From Alphaproteobacteria bacterium (lineage in GTDB: Bacteria > Pseudomonadota > Alphaproteobacteria > RF32 > CAG-239): DNA of 64,000 bases. Of the stretch, positions 39,470 through 49,213 are shown in pieces. Made by a program: the position numbers and the translations under genes. Position 1 is the first letter of the stretch. The number at the start of each line of letters is the position of its first letter. Under the pieces are notes generated by a model that saw nothing but the letters and a program-made list of their open reading frames with translations, did not search any database and was not told where the DNA came from. The stretch spans positions 258 to 64,257 of the forward strand of contig SUUR01000006.1 in the NCBI GenBank assembly GCA_015062435.1, written 5' to 3'.

Positions 39470-41800
39470 ATGAAGTTAACTTTTGATCTTGATGATGAAA
39501 AAAGTTGGTTGAGAGCATCGGGGACGATATTTGTCGGTCTGTCGGCAATGGTGCTTTGTTTTGTATTCTTTAGTTTACTATCATTGTTTTGTATACATTT
39601 TTTTGTTTGTGGCAGTGCTGATGAAAATTGCTGTTTATTTGCTCATGATATAGTTTGGAATAAGGGGGTGTTTACGGCAATCGGAAATGCGTATGCCAAT
39701 TGGTGGGACGTGTTTAATGATGCATTTAAAAGCAGAAAAATCAATTTATTGTTATTTCTTCCGACAATTGTTCCGATAGGATCTTTGTTGTTTTTAGGGT
39801 GGTTTGTCTTTAGGAGTTCACTTTCTTTACAATTATGGTATGTGCTTAATTATCATTTTGCAAATTTTAGTGATGTGTGCAAGATGAAAGTTAATAACGG
39901 AAAGTTTGTAATATTAGGGTGGTTTGATAATGTTTTGTTAAAAACACCGGAGCCGGCATCTGTATTATGTGTGGGAGAAACAGGATGTGGTAAAACATCT
40001 ACAATTGCGGTGCCAACGATTTTACAAGCGGATAATATGAGTGTGGTGGCTGTTGATGATAGCGGAACTTTAGCAAGGCATAGTAGTGGGTATAGGGCAA
40101 AGATAGGAAAAGTTTTTTATTTTAATTGGGATATGTGTGATGATTTGGAGAAAAATGTTGTTTTTCCTCGTTTTAATCCATTATCAGTAGAGAATATTCC
40201 GATTGATAAAAAACTTAAAGGGGAGTATTTTAGTTTTATTGCTCAATATTTGGTGGGATTTGATAAAGCTAATAAAGATAATTATTGGGAATGGTTAGCC
40301 TCATCAACGATGAAATCGTTGATTATGTTTGTGGTAGCAAAATGTAAGCAAGCTGAAGCTAATGATTATTTTTTGAGTAAAATTTTGGAAAATTCCAGAT
40401 TGAGCCGAGATGATAAGGATATTTTGCTGAGCTATTATCTTATGATGCCTGAAACGTATAAAAATGAAGCGATAAAATTTATTGAAAATGAGAAGCTTAA
40501 TGTTGATGATTATATGATTATCGGGAGTTGGGGCGGTATTCCAGATGAGTGGCAAGGTAAAAATATTTGTTTGGGTATGTTATCTGATTGGATATTATAT
40601 AGTTATTTGGCTGAGAAGGGGAGTGATGGCGGATGGCGAAAATGGATTGAAACACTAATTTGGGAAGCAAAGTTGTTTAATTACGGCGATGTTGTAATTG
40701 AAGGTTTGCAACAGTTCTTATATTTATCTAAATTACAGCGTCAGTTGGTTTTTGCAAAAATTGTGCGTCCGTTAAAATTGTTTATAAATACAAATATCAG
40801 AGAAAAAACTACCGGTAATGATTTTAAGATAGATGATTTGGGCGGAATATATAATTGTGAGGCAAAAAAGTGGGAGCCGGTAACAATATATGCAATTGCT
40901 AAAACCAAAACTACAAAATTTGTGAACAGGTTTATAATCGATATTTGGTTGAAATTCGGATTGTTGGAAAAGCCTAATATTGAAAACTGCAAAACATTGG
41001 TGATTTTTGATAATGCCGGACAAATGTCCGAAATTAAAAATATGTCGGATTGTGTTGCTAAAGGTCCAAGTAAAGGGGCTTCAATATTGCTATTGTGTAA
41101 TAGTTTTAATAATATGGAAAATACATATGGCAAGGAGATACTTGAAGAGCTTGTTGCAAACACGAGTTATAAAATTATAATGGCTGAAAATAATGTAAAA
41201 TTAAGTAAGCAGTTAGATAAATTGGCAATATTTGCATCTAAATCTGTTCAGCTACCTAAAGACAATAGACGAGTTTTTAAGGAAAAGTCTTATTTTGCAG
41301 ATACAAATTACTATCATCGGTTGGCTTTGGAGCTAAAAGGACAAAATAGGAAAAAATTAGCAACGAAGGGTTTTCAGGTATTGTTGACGGAAGGATATTA
41401 TCATCGTCCGGTTTTAACCAAAAATATGACGTTTATGCAAGATCATCGTTTGAAGAATAAAGCATCATTGCCGGTTGCATATTTTTTGGATAGTGAGATT
41501 GTGGAAAAAAGGTATGTACAAGATTATCAGGTGCCTGAAATTGATGATATATTGTTTGAAGATGAGTTGGGAATTGATGATGAAGTGGAATTGCTTCAAT
41601 ATATGAATGTTGCCTATGATGATGCTTTAAGTAAAGTTAAAGATGAAAAAATGGAAGATGTTTTGATTAATGATATATCTGCCAAGTGGAAAAGAAATAA
41701 TAAAAATTTTGATGATAATGATAATTGGTGGATGAGAGAAAAAGCATTTGAAAAAACAGATGATTCTTATGAAGTTAATCCGTTTGAGATAAAAAAATAG
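39470..41800 (+). CDS. VirD4/TraG-like type IV coupling protein, divergent
   Basis: Two N-terminal TM segments, Walker A GETGCGKT followed by AVPTIL, FNPL, DNYWE, DFKIDDL, Walker B-like LVIFDN, NTYG, acidic tail. Confidence 0.75.
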   Translation: MKLTFDLDDEKSWLRASGTIFVGLSAMVLCFVFFSLLSLFCIHFFVCGSADENCCLFAHDIVWNKGVFTAIGNAYANWWDVFNDAFKSRKINLLLFLPTIVPIGSLLFLGWFVFRSSLSLQLWYVLNYHFANFSDVCKMKVNNGKFVILGWFDNVLLKTPEPASVLCVGETGCGKTSTIAVPTILQADNMSVVAVDDSGTLARHSSGYRAKIGKVFYFNWDMCDDLEKNVVFPRFNPLSVENIPIDKKLKGEYFSFIAQYLVGFDKANKDNYWEWLASSTMKSLIMFVVAKCKQAEANDYFLSKILENSRLSRDDKDILLSYYLMMPETYKNEAIKFIENEKLNVDDYMIIGSWGGIPDEWQGKNICLGMLSDWILYSYLAEKGSDGGWRKWIETLIWEAKLFNYGDVVIEGLQQFLYLSKLQRQLVFAKIVRPLKLFINTNIREKTTGNDFKIDDLGGIYNCEAKKWEPVTIYAIAKTKTTKFVNRFIIDIWLKFGLLEKPNIENCKTLVIFDNAGQMSEIKNMSDCVAKGPSKGASILLLCNSFNNMENTYGKEILEELVANTSYKIIMAENNVKLSKQLDKLAIFASKSVQLPKDNRRVFKEKSYFADTNYYHRLALELKGQNRKKLATKGFQVLLTEGYYHRPVLTKNMTFMQDHRLKNKASLPVAYFLDSEIVEKRYVQDYQVPEIDDILFEDELGIDDEVELLQYMNVAYDDALSKVKDEKMEDVLINDISAKWKRNNKNFDDNDNWWMREKAFEKTDDSYEVNPFEIKK

Positions 41801-41862
41801 CTGTTATTTATGCCTATGTCTGATATATTGTGTGTATGTGAATAATAACGAATCGGGTAAAA

Positions 41863-43179
41863 ATGAAAGAAACGCTTTTTTCAGCACAAATTAAAAGACC
41901 TTTGGCAGACAGACTGCGGCCACAAACTTTAAAAGAAGTGGTCGGGCAAGAACACGTGGTGGGGGATAAAGCTCCATTGGGAAGAATGATCAAATCCGGT
42001 AAAATTTCTTCTTTTATATTGTGGGGGCCTCCGGGTTGCGGTAAGACAACAATTGCGAGATTAATAGCAGAAAATACAAATTTATATTTTGAACAAATTT
42101 CTGCAGTTTTTTCCGGTGTGGCGGACCTTAAGAGAGTGTTTCAGTATGCAGAAGATAGGCGAGCTAATCAGGGTAAGGGAACGTTGTTGTTTGTTGACGA
42201 GATACACAGATTTAATAAATCTCAGCAAGACGGATTTTTGCCATATGTAGAAAACGGTACAATTATTTTGGTGGGAGCGACAACTGAAAATCCGTCATTT
42301 GAACTCAATGCAGCGTTATTATCACGGTGTCAGGTTTTTGTGCTGAACAGGCTAAATGTTGATGATTTTGAAGAGTTGTTAATTAGGGCTGAAAAAGAAA
42401 CAGGATGTAAATTGCCGGTTGATGAAGAAGCCAGAGATTTTATGAAAAATGTGGCAGACGGTGACGGAAGATATTTATTGAATTTGGCAGAAAGTGTGTG
42501 GAATTATGCACAATCAGACGAAATATTCGATAAAGAATCTATCGTTAAAATAATCCGTTCCAGAGCTCCGGTTTATGATAAAGGACGTGACGGACATTAT
42601 AATCTTATTTCGGCTGTTCATAAATCTTTACGAGGCTCTGATGTGGACGCTGCTCTGTATTGGGTAGCCAGAATGATGGAATCGGGTGAAGATCCGAAAT
42701 ATATTTTGCGAAGATTAACTCGTTTTGCCGTGGAAGATGTGTCTTTAGCAGATCCAAATGCCGTAGTTCAAGCAATTGCTTGTTGGGATACGTATGATCG
42801 TTTGGGATCTCCGGAAGCTGATTTGGCAATTATGCAATTGACTGCATATTTGGCGACAGCTCCTAAGTCAGTTGGTGTTTATAAGGCAATGTATGCAGCC
42901 AGAGATTTGGCCAAAAAGACAGGTTCTTTAATGCCGCCCAAAAATATTCTTAACGCACCGACAAAATTAATGAGACAATTGGGGTATCATGAAGGATATG
43001 AATATGATCCGGATTGTGAAGATGGATTTTCCGGTGCAAATTATTTTCCTGATGGAATGAGTAGAGTAAAAATTTATCATCCTGTTGATCGAGGGTTTGA
43101 ACGTGAAATTAAAAAAAGAGTGGAATATTTTGATAAACTTAGAGCAGAGAAACAAGCTGCAAAAAGAAATAACACTTAA
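41863..43179 (+). CDS. rarA: Replication-associated recombination protein RarA/MgsA
   Basis: PLADRLRP, WGPPGCGKTT, FVDEIHRFNKSQQD, GATTENPSF, HYNLISAVHKSLRGSD. Confidence 0.97.
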   Translation: MKETLFSAQIKRPLADRLRPQTLKEVVGQEHVVGDKAPLGRMIKSGKISSFILWGPPGCGKTTIARLIAENTNLYFEQISAVFSGVADLKRVFQYAEDRRANQGKGTLLFVDEIHRFNKSQQDGFLPYVENGTIILVGATTENPSFELNAALLSRCQVFVLNRLNVDDFEELLIRAEKETGCKLPVDEEARDFMKNVADGDGRYLLNLAESVWNYAQSDEIFDKESIVKIIRSRAPVYDKGRDGHYNLISAVHKSLRGSDVDAALYWVARMMESGEDPKYILRRLTRFAVEDVSLADPNAVVQAIACWDTYDRLGSPEADLAIMQLTAYLATAPKSVGVYKAMYAARDLAKKTGSLMPPKNILNAPTKLMRQLGYHEGYEYDPDCEDGFSGANYFPDGMSRVKIYHPVDRGFEREIKKRVEYFDKLRAEKQAAKRNNT

Positions 43180-43193
43180 TCGGAGGTAATAAA

Positions 43194-44123
43194 ATGAAAA
43201 AAAATAATCCCCGTTTTATTTTTATTATCGGAAACAGAGGCTCCGGAAAGTCTCGATTGGCAGAGCAAATAATCAGTAATTTGGGTGATGATGCTGTTTT
43301 GATTGCTGCAGATGAAGTTCATTCAGAAGTTTTGGGATTTGATGAAGCTGTCAGACAAGTTTCCGAAAAAGGGAGAATTGATTTTCCTAAAGAAGTACAA
43401 TCCGAAGGAACAAAGATAGTCAATAAATTGTTGTTAGGCAGTATTGATAAACAAAAAAATATTGTGCTTGATGCGTCTTTTGGGCAAAATCATTTCAAAT
43501 TTATGGAGCAACTTAAAAATATCGGATATAGTATTGAAGTTCATGGCTTGATAATAGATAAGTATTTGGCAGCGTATAATGTGGAAAAGCGTACGTTGGA
43601 TTTTTTTGATTTATGTATGGATGTAAAAAACGGAATAAAGCCTAAACCAACAAAATTTAATGCAATTGATGTGGGATATAAAGTTCCGTTGATGACAGAT
43701 GATAAAATTGTTGAAATTATAGATAATGTCGAAAAACATGGTGTGGATTTGTTTTTGTATGAATATGGAAAAAATATTCCCAGCTATGTTAGTGGTAAAA
43801 ATTCTGAGGGTGCAGTTGAATTTTATAAGAGTAAACAAAGTGCAGACTACTGTTTGTTGCATTTGAATTTATTGAAGTTAAATCAGCGTTGTCAGAAATA
43901 TGGTAGAGATATTGCGCCATTAGTGTTTATGGTTGGAAAAGAGGTTACAATAAAAGGAGCAGAGATGGCTTTGAGAGCTCCAAATTTTGATAAATATATG
44001 GAAAGTGTATTTTTTGAAGATGCAAGTAAAGAAAATATAAAAAACAAGTTTGTGCCTCGAAAACTGGGAATGCCGGCGAAGCTTAAAGTTAAAATTGGGA
44101 GAGGTAAAAGGTATGGGCGTTGA
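43194..44123 (+). CDS. Zeta-toxin-like P-loop kinase
   Basis: FIIGNRGSGKS, LIAADEV, NIVLDASF and GYSIEV follow the zeta/AAA_33 pattern. Basic C-terminus KIGRGKRYGR. ggagg RBS. Confidence 0.6.
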   Translation: MKKNNPRFIFIIGNRGSGKSRLAEQIISNLGDDAVLIAADEVHSEVLGFDEAVRQVSEKGRIDFPKEVQSEGTKIVNKLLLGSIDKQKNIVLDASFGQNHFKFMEQLKNIGYSIEVHGLIIDKYLAAYNVEKRTLDFFDLCMDVKNGIKPKPTKFNAIDVGYKVPLMTDDKIVEIIDNVEKHGVDLFLYEYGKNIPSYVSGKNSEGAVEFYKSKQSADYCLLHLNLLKLNQRCQKYGRDIAPLVFMVGKEVTIKGAEMALRAPNFDKYMESVFFEDASKENIKNKFVPRKLGMPAKLKVKIGRGKRYGR

Positions 44124-45039
44124 GTTTGTAAAAGTAAAAGAAACAGATGATGGTATGCGCTTAAATCGCTGGTTTTTGAAATATTATCCGGGTTTGTCTT
44201 TGGGAAGATTTAATAAATTGCTCAGAACAAAGCAAATTAGAGTAGATGGAGCTAAAGCAGAAGCATCATTGAAATTAAAATCAGGGCAAGAGATAAGAGT
44301 TCCTCCTTTAGAAGCTGAAAAAGAAAAAGTAACAATAACAAATTTATCTGCCAAAGATGAAGATTTTATTCGTTCATTGGTTGTTTATAAGGACAATAAT
44401 TTGATTGTTATAAACAAACCTGCCGGAATGGCAGTACAAGGTGGTACAAATACCTTAAGGCACATTGACGGAATGTTGGAGGGGTTGAAATTTGAAAAAG
44501 ATGAAAAGCCTAAGTTGGTACATAGAATAGATAAAGAAACCAGTGGAATTTTAGTTTTAGCAAGAGATCGAAAAAATGCCGAATTGTTAACCAGAGCGTT
44601 TAAGGAAAAAAATTTGCAAAAAACATATTTGGCTTTGTTAAGAGGAGTGCCAAAAGTAAAAAATGGTGAAATAAAAGCTTCTCTGGAAAAAATGGCCGAT
44701 AAAATGCATGTGGTTATTGACGGAAAAAAAGCAATAACAACGTATAAGGTTTTGGATTATATCGGTAAGGATTTTTCTTTGGTAGAAGCATCTCCTTTGA
44801 CGGGGAGAACACATCAAATAAGAGCTCATATGGAAAGTATATCTTGTCCGATTGTCGGTGATGATAAATATTTTGGTGCTAAACGTATGAAATTTAAAGA
44901 ATTTGCAAATAAACTTTTCTTGCATGCTTATAAAATTGATTTATCGGGTATATATAATAAAAAATTGATTGTCGAGGCTTCTGTTCCGGAATATTTTTAT
45001 GAAGCTTTTTCAATATTGGGAATAAACTTTAAAGGATAA
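44113..45039 (+). CDS. rluC: RluA/RluC-family pseudouridine synthase
   Basis: S4 domain, NKPAGMAVQGG, LVHRIDKETSG, TGRTHQIRAH. Start at ATG 44113. Confidence 0.9.
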   Translation: MGVEFVKVKETDDGMRLNRWFLKYYPGLSLGRFNKLLRTKQIRVDGAKAEASLKLKSGQEIRVPPLEAEKEKVTITNLSAKDEDFIRSLVVYKDNNLIVINKPAGMAVQGGTNTLRHIDGMLEGLKFEKDEKPKLVHRIDKETSGILVLARDRKNAELLTRAFKEKNLQKTYLALLRGVPKVKNGEIKASLEKMADKMHVVIDGKKAITTYKVLDYIGKDFSLVEASPLTGRTHQIRAHMESISCPIVGDDKYFGAKRMKFKEFANKLFLHAYKIDLSGIYNKKLIVEASVPEYFYEAFSILGINFKG

Positions 45040-45043
45040 GTTA

Positions 45044-47152
45044 ATGTCAAAGAAAGTTTTTAAGTTTGTGTCTTCATTAGTGTTTAGTGCCATTATTATT
45101 TTGGCATTGGGCGGATATTTTGCAGCTAAACATTTTGATTTGAATAAATATAAGATATATGCAGAAGAATTTGTTCAAAAAAAATATGGTTTAACTCTTA
45201 AAATTAATGGAGAGGCTAAAGTTGCAATTTCATTAATTCCAACTGTTGTTGTTAATGATATTGAACTTGAAAATGTTTCTTGGGCTCAAAATCCTCAAAT
45301 GATTAAGGTAAAACAAGCTGAAGTTAAATTTGCGCTGTTGCCATTGTTGAGTAAACAAATTGTCATTGACAAAATTGCATTAATTGAACCAGAAGTATTT
45401 TTGGAAAAATCTGCTGATGGAAAAGCTAATTGGGAGTTCGGATACGGAAAAGCTTCCTTACAAACCGGTGCTGTCAAAAATAATGAGACTTCTAAAAGTG
45501 TAGCAATGGCAGTACCGGCGACAATTGTTATGACCGGTTTTGCCGCTAAAAATGTGGAAATATTAAATGGCAGAGTAGAGTATTATGATGCTGCCAGTAA
45601 TAAATTGGAAGATTTTCGGATTAATAACGTGACATTAGAGATACCTTCCGTTGATGAAAAAATGAATCTGAGTTTTGACTTATTATATAATCAGCAAAGA
45701 ATTAACGGAAGCGCAGAATTAGGGGCATTATCTCAATTGTTGGCTAAAGATGCTAATGTTCCGTTTTTGGTTGATGCTTCGTTTTTGGGGATTGATGTGG
45801 CGTTAAACGGCGGAGTTATAAATATTTTGGATAATCCTCAGTATGCACTAGATGCTAATATATATAATCCGGCCGGAAATATGAATGTTCCTGAAATTAC
45901 TCTTAAAACCAGAATAGATGGCGATATGTCTGGAATAAAGGCAAAAATAAACGCTCTTAATATCGTGGATAATTTGATTGTCGGAGAGCTGGATGTCGGT
46001 TGGGGTACAAATATTGCGAATATAGATGCCAATTTGTACAGTACACGAATTAATTTAAAAAATTTTAGTAAAAACAGTAATTTTGCATGGAATTCTCCTT
46101 TTATAATTAATGAAGCAAAAGCTTTAACTTTTGTTCCAAATGATACTGTTCCGTATAATTATTTATTTTTAGCAAATGCCAAAGTAAATATAAAAGTAGA
46201 TAATTTGATTATGGCTCCCGGTTTGGAAGCAAATAATATTATGGCAAATATTGTGCTGAAAAACGGGAAATTAACAATAAATCCTCTAGATTTGAATTTT
46301 GGCGGAGGTGAAATAGTATCATCATTGATGGTTGATGCAAAAAATAAACAATTATCTTTGAATGCAAAAAGTAAAGATATGCGGATTCAAAATTTGTATA
46401 AAGAATTTGTTGTTACCGGAAATGATGATTTTGGGATTAAAAGTGGCGGAAATCTGGATATTGATATAAATTTGACTTCCGGAGGTAATACTTATCGTGA
46501 TATCAGTCAAAATCTTAAAGGGCAAGTAGTGGGAATTGTGAATAAATCTGAAGTTCAGACCGGAAAGTTGCAATTTTTGAAAGGTGGAATAATTAATCAG
46601 TTGTTGTCTGTATTGAATGTAAAATCTGCAGTTGAAAAAACAATGGAACTTAATTGTGCCGTCGTGAGAGCCGATTTGGCAAACGGTAAAGCAATTTTTC
46701 CGCAAGGAATTGCGATAGATTCAAATGTTTTAACCTTAGTCAGTGACGGTAATATTAATCTGATAAATGATAAGGTATCATTTACAATTGAGCCGGCTTT
46801 TAATAAATTGGCGTTAGGGAATGTTTCTCAAACTTTAGCTTCTTTTGTGAAGGTTAAGGGGACAATCCAAAATCCTGAAATAAGGCTAGATGATACTGAA
46901 ACCATAAAAACAATAATGGGCGTGGTGGCAACAGGTGGAGCTACTTATTTGGGATCTCAAATGCTGTTGACCGGTAATGGTGAGCCTTGTTATCAGGCTT
47001 TGGAAGGTACTGTATATGCAAATAAGTTTCCTAAACCAACAGGGGTTAAGGCTACAACTCAGGATATTTATCAGGGAACTTCTAATCAAGTGAAGAAGGG
47101 TTTGGAAACTTTAGGTAATACTGCTAAAGATTTATTGAGCGTTTTTAAATAA
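45044..47152 (+). CDS. AsmA-family protein
   Basis: N-terminal TM, DLNKYK, ALLPLLSKQIVI, DGKANW, C-terminal LNCAV ... VKGTIQNP. Confidence 0.85.
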   Translation: MSKKVFKFVSSLVFSAIIILALGGYFAAKHFDLNKYKIYAEEFVQKKYGLTLKINGEAKVAISLIPTVVVNDIELENVSWAQNPQMIKVKQAEVKFALLPLLSKQIVIDKIALIEPEVFLEKSADGKANWEFGYGKASLQTGAVKNNETSKSVAMAVPATIVMTGFAAKNVEILNGRVEYYDAASNKLEDFRINNVTLEIPSVDEKMNLSFDLLYNQQRINGSAELGALSQLLAKDANVPFLVDASFLGIDVALNGGVINILDNPQYALDANIYNPAGNMNVPEITLKTRIDGDMSGIKAKINALNIVDNLIVGELDVGWGTNIANIDANLYSTRINLKNFSKNSNFAWNSPFIINEAKALTFVPNDTVPYNYLFLANAKVNIKVDNLIMAPGLEANNIMANIVLKNGKLTINPLDLNFGGGEIVSSLMVDAKNKQLSLNAKSKDMRIQNLYKEFVVTGNDDFGIKSGGNLDIDINLTSGGNTYRDISQNLKGQVVGIVNKSEVQTGKLQFLKGGIINQLLSVLNVKSAVEKTMELNCAVVRADLANGKAIFPQGIAIDSNVLTLVSDGNINLINDKVSFTIEPAFNKLALGNVSQTLASFVKVKGTIQNPEIRLDDTETIKTIMGVVATGGATYLGSQMLLTGNGEPCYQALEGTVYANKFPKPTGVKATTQDIYQGTSNQVKKGLETLGNTAKDLLSVFK

Positions 47153-47162
47153 AAGGTGATTA

Positions 47163-47660
47163 ATGACAATAAAAAAATTAAATAAAGCTACTGAAGAAAT
47201 TTCTGCGTATAAAGAAGAAATAATTGATAATTTGCTCAAATTTGCAACTACTGATGTTTTGTTATTTTGGGGGAGTGATGAAAATTTACAAAAACGGCAA
47301 GAACAAGAATGGGAACCTGTTTTATCGTGGGCCAGAGAAGAATTTGGCGGAAAATACAAGACAACAAAAAGTTTAGATGTGCAAAAAGAAAATTTAGATT
47401 CCGGAATGGGGTTTAAAAAGTTTTTAGAAAAACTTGATGATAAACAATTGGCTGCTTTTTATTTGGCTGCACTTAATATGCGCTCTGTTTTGTTGGCATC
47501 TGCTTTAGTCAAAGGAAAAATAAATTCGGAACAAGCTTTCAAAGCGGCATATTTGGAAGAACTTTTTCAGGCTGAAGCTTGGGGAAAAGATGAAGAAGCT
47601 GAAGCTAAAAGAGAAGAACGCAGACAAGAATTATACGATATTGAAAAATTTTTAAGATAA
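47163..47660 (+). CDS. ATP12-family chaperone (short form)
   Basis: KFATTDVLLF, RQEQEWEPVLSW, LEELFQAEAWGKDEEA. Confidence 0.85.
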   Translation: MTIKKLNKATEEISAYKEEIIDNLLKFATTDVLLFWGSDENLQKRQEQEWEPVLSWAREEFGGKYKTTKSLDVQKENLDSGMGFKKFLEKLDDKQLAAFYLAALNMRSVLLASALVKGKINSEQAFKAAYLEELFQAEAWGKDEEAEAKREERRQELYDIEKFLR

Positions 47661-47947
47661 TGAAAGAAGTGTATTTTAGAGTCAAAGGGCGAGTACAGGG
47701 AATCGGTTTTAGGTATTGGGCAGTTAAAAAAGCTCAAGAAATCGGGGATATTTCCGGTTGGGTACATAATGCTGCCGATGGCAGTGTTGAAATTTTGGCT
47801 TTGGCTGATGATAATAAAATAGATGAATTTATTTTGGCTTGTAATAAAGGGCCAATGTTAGCAAGAGTTGATAAGTTGGAGTTTATTGTAGGTAGAAGAT
47901 CTACTTTTATGCCTCCGATTGAACTCGGAAAATTCAAACGTGTATAA
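47660..47947 (+). CDS. acyP: Acylphosphatase
   Basis: VKGRVQGIGFR, GWVHNAADGSVE, GPMLARV. Confidence 0.93.
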   Translation: MKEVYFRVKGRVQGIGFRYWAVKKAQEIGDISGWVHNAADGSVEILALADDNKIDEFILACNKGPMLARVDKLEFIVGRRSTFMPPIELGKFKRV

Positions 47948-48028
47948 TTTATTAGTTAATTGAATTTTTAACTTTGTGTGCTATTTTGCAAACAAAGTTT
48001 ATGTTTTTTTTGAAAAAAGGTGTAAAAT

Positions 48029-48766
48029 ATGGATACGCAAGTTGTGAGTGAAGTTGCAAATCAAATGTCTATGTGGGATTTGGTGTGGGCATCTGATATG
48101 GTAACTAAAGTAGTAATGATAGGGTTGATTGCTGCTTCAGTGTGGTCTTGGGCGATTATTTTTGAAAAGATGGGAACATTGAGGCAAGTTAAATCCCGTT
48201 CTTCAAAATTTGAAGAAAAGTTTTGGTCGGGAGGATCTTTAGACAGATTATATGATTCTATCGGGAACCACCCTAACGACCCTATGGCTGCAATGTTTGT
48301 GGCTGCAATGCGAGAGTGGAAAAGGACTAATATTTTGAAATCTAAAACCGATAGAGGTTTAAGAGGGGTATCTTTACAGCAGAGAATTGAAAAAGCAATG
48401 ACTGTTTCTATGGATAAAGATTTAGATGCTATGGATATGAGAATGGGTTTTTTGGCATCTACCGGTTCAGTGGCTCCGTTGGTCGGATTGTTTGGAACAG
48501 TATGGGGGATTATTAACAGTTTTAATGCAATTGCAACAACTCAAAGCAATTCTTTGTCTGCAATGGCTCCGGGAATTGCCGAAGCATTGTTTACAACAGC
48601 TTTTGGACTGATTGCTGCAATTCCTGCCGTAGTGGCATATAATAAAATATCTTCGGATATTGATAGATATGCTAAAAAGTTGGAAAATTTTATGGCGGAG
48701 TTTTCAAGTATATTATCTCGTGAGATTGATGATACCGCAATTAAAGCCGATATGGCCGGAGAGTAA
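48029..48766 (+). CDS. tolQ: TolQ
   Basis: SVWSWAII, FEEKFWSG, APLVGLFGTVWGI, APGIAEAL. Confidence 0.95.
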   Translation: MDTQVVSEVANQMSMWDLVWASDMVTKVVMIGLIAASVWSWAIIFEKMGTLRQVKSRSSKFEEKFWSGGSLDRLYDSIGNHPNDPMAAMFVAAMREWKRTNILKSKTDRGLRGVSLQQRIEKAMTVSMDKDLDAMDMRMGFLASTGSVAPLVGLFGTVWGIINSFNAIATTQSNSLSAMAPGIAEALFTTAFGLIAAIPAVVAYNKISSDIDRYAKKLENFMAEFSSILSREIDDTAIKADMAGE

Positions 48767-48768
48767 AA

Positions 48769-49209
48769 ATGTTTTTGAACGGTAACAGGCGTCACTCTAA
48801 TCGTTATCAACGTAATGCAGATGTGAATATTACCAATTTGATGGATGTGATGATGGTATTGTTGGTGGTATTTATGGTGGCAGCTCCTTTAATGACATCA
48901 GGCATAGCTTTGGATTTGCCTAAGGTAGGTGGAAAAGCTATGGAAGGGGAAGAAACATCGATTAATATCAGTGTTGATAAAGACGGATATTATTATATTG
49001 GTGAAGTTGAAATTCCGGCAGATAAAGTTGTTGAAAAACTTAACGCTATGCAAGAAGCTAATTCTGAGCTTACAGTTACAATTTCCGGTGATACCGGTGC
49101 TGAATATGGGCGAGTTATAGGTTTGATGGCAATATTGAAAGAAGCCGGATTTGAAAAAGTGGGGTTGAAAACAGAACCTAAACCTTTGGTTAAGAGAAAG
49201 TCAAAATAG
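48769..49209 (+). CDS. tolR: TolR
   Basis: NITNLMDVMMVLLVVFMVAAPL, LP, GD...YG. Confidence 0.9.
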   Translation: MFLNGNRRHSNRYQRNADVNITNLMDVMMVLLVVFMVAAPLMTSGIALDLPKVGGKAMEGEETSINISVDKDGYYYIGEVEIPADKVVEKLNAMQEANSELTVTISGDTGAEYGRVIGLMAILKEAGFEKVGLKTEPKPLVKRKSK

Positions 49210-49213
49210 TCTG

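Noticed and set aside
39470-41800. Integrative conjugative element or plasmid
   Set aside because: No relaxase, virB, integrase or att-like repeats; the flanks are housekeeping genes.
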